Shown piece after piece: positions 16,396-17,415 of a stretch of DNA of 17,415 bases. The notes beneath the pieces were generated by a model, which did not search any database, was not told the DNA's origin, and was given only the letters and a program-made list of their open reading frames with translations. The translations under genes were made by a program, and so were the position numbers. The stretch is from Pseudomonadota bacterium (GTDB lineage: Bacteria; Bdellovibrionota_B; Oligoflexia; Oligoflexales; CAIMVM01), in the NCBI GenBank assembly GCA_037142195.1, contig JBAXBA010000079.1, positions 1 to 17,415 on the forward strand, written 5' to 3'. Position 1 is the first letter of the stretch. Every line of letters starts with the position of its first letter.

Positions 16396-17136
16396 GATGG
16401 CCCCCTTGCAGAAAGCCAGTTCTGTCACATTTGAGAGTCAGGATTTCGCAACTTCATGTTTTAGGGCCCATTGGACTCATGGCCAGGAATATCCAGCGAC
16501 CTCTACTCCTGAAACCATAGACCTGCATGTGCGAGTCCAGTAGCTTAACGCTTTGATGCCGGATGATTTCCAATCGCCAAGTTGGTTTGCAAATCAAGCT
16601 TTTTTCCCAGTGTTTCCTTTTGCCAATACCGGTGTAGGTTCCAGCGTATTGTTTAAGTGTAATGCTCGCAACAATTTGAGACCAAAGAGGCTCTTCAAAA
16701 GAGGCTCGATTTGTCAGTTTTGCACGCATGAAAAGGACTTCTATTAAGGTTAGGCCACCTGAGCTTAGATTATTAACAAAGTTCCGACAGGAAGGGCGTT
16801 ATCAGTCATATTAGGTCTCCATGCTTTCGGATATATTGTCTCTAGAGCATGAATATCCATACTTTTTTGAGACTTAAGAAGCGCTGTTCTTTAAGAATTT
16901 CTTCAACTTTACGGATGATTTCGACAAGATTTTTGCTGCTTTTTCGTCTGTAATGGTTTCAATGCCTCGAAAACGGGATGCTTCGCGACTCTTTAAAAAA
17001 CCCCATCACAATAAAGAAGATATAGCGAGCACTTCTAGATCATGAAATCCGTCCGATGAGTCTCAACAATGTGTTGTCGCCGCGAAATAGTTGTTGGCAA
17101 CCTCATATTGAGGCTCTATAAAGCTGCGATCTAGTT

Positions 17137-17415
17137 CTATCGGATTGTCAGCAAGTACTCCAGCCATAGCCCGTCCCGAGCCAGGGAGGAACCAGACGGG
17201 TTTGGCTGGTGGTGAAAGCCGACTGCCGTGATCCGAGCAAAGCGAGGAGAGCGGCCTATTCGACTTCCGCCTGATTTTCAATATACTGCTTGAGCACTGA
17301 CAGCGGAGCCCCACCGACAGTCAAAAGGCAGTATGTCCTGCTCCAAAAGATAGGCTTCCCATAATATTTTTCAATGTGTTCTGCAAATTCCTTGCGTATA
17401 AGGCGAGATGTCACC
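17137..17415 (-). mobile_element. IS200/IS605-family element, one end (truncated by the window edge)
   Basis: tnpA 3' end followed by subterminal hairpin CCAGCCA..CCCGTC(17160-17175)/GACGGG..TGGCTGG(17195-17209); the boundary near 17137 is approximate. Confidence 0.8.
17256..17414 (-). CDS. tnpA: IS200/IS605 Y1 (HUH) transposase TnpA, C-terminal 52 aa (partial)
   Basis: Manual translation VTSRLIRKEFAEHIEKYYGKPIFWSRTYCLLTVGGAPLSVLKQYIENQAEVE*; FWS.xY and catalytic YIENQ motif. Not in the ORF track because the start lies outside the window. Confidence 0.93.
   Translation of the reverse strand: MTSRLIRKEFAEHIEKYYGKPIFWSRTYCLLTVGGAPLSVLKQYIENQAEVE

Noticed and set aside
15610..17314. ORFs 15610, 16028, 16454, 16553, 17063
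   Set aside because: Shadow ORFs or read-through across the IS end hairpin; the real coding frame at the right edge is tnpA.

Overview
Bacterial chromosomal window. The many orphan lipoproteins and secreted hydrolases suggest a Bdellovibrionota/Oligoflexia-like organism (inference only). The left two-thirds (1-11290) is mostly housekeeping and secretome: secreted hypothetical protein, S37/S28-type serine aminopeptidase, Cys-rich lipoprotein with an LRR-cap-like C-terminus, stand-alone aspartokinase-homoserine dehydrogenase whose dehydrogenase motifs look eroded, TauE + periplasmic binding protein pair, and an M17 leucyl aminopeptidase + thermonuclease operon with terminator. The right third (11290-17415) is an accessory region. 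It holds a two-gene toxin-antitoxin-like operon pairing a BrnA-type DNA-binding domain fusion with an AbiEii-type nucleotidyltransferase, with a perfect palindromic operator. It also holds two ~407-bp direct repeats (roughly 85% identical by eye) made of a short three-copy motif, hairpins, an IS-like TGT end and a dead transposase 3' stub; these bracket a lipoprotein with a LirA/MavJ(DUF5636)-like motif. A second orphan lipoprotein and the 3' end plus hairpin terminus of an IS200/IS605 tnpA (missed by the ORF track) follow. A structured intergenic segment at ~3060-3200 is a candidate ncRNA. All family assignments are from motif recognition by eye; no searches were run.
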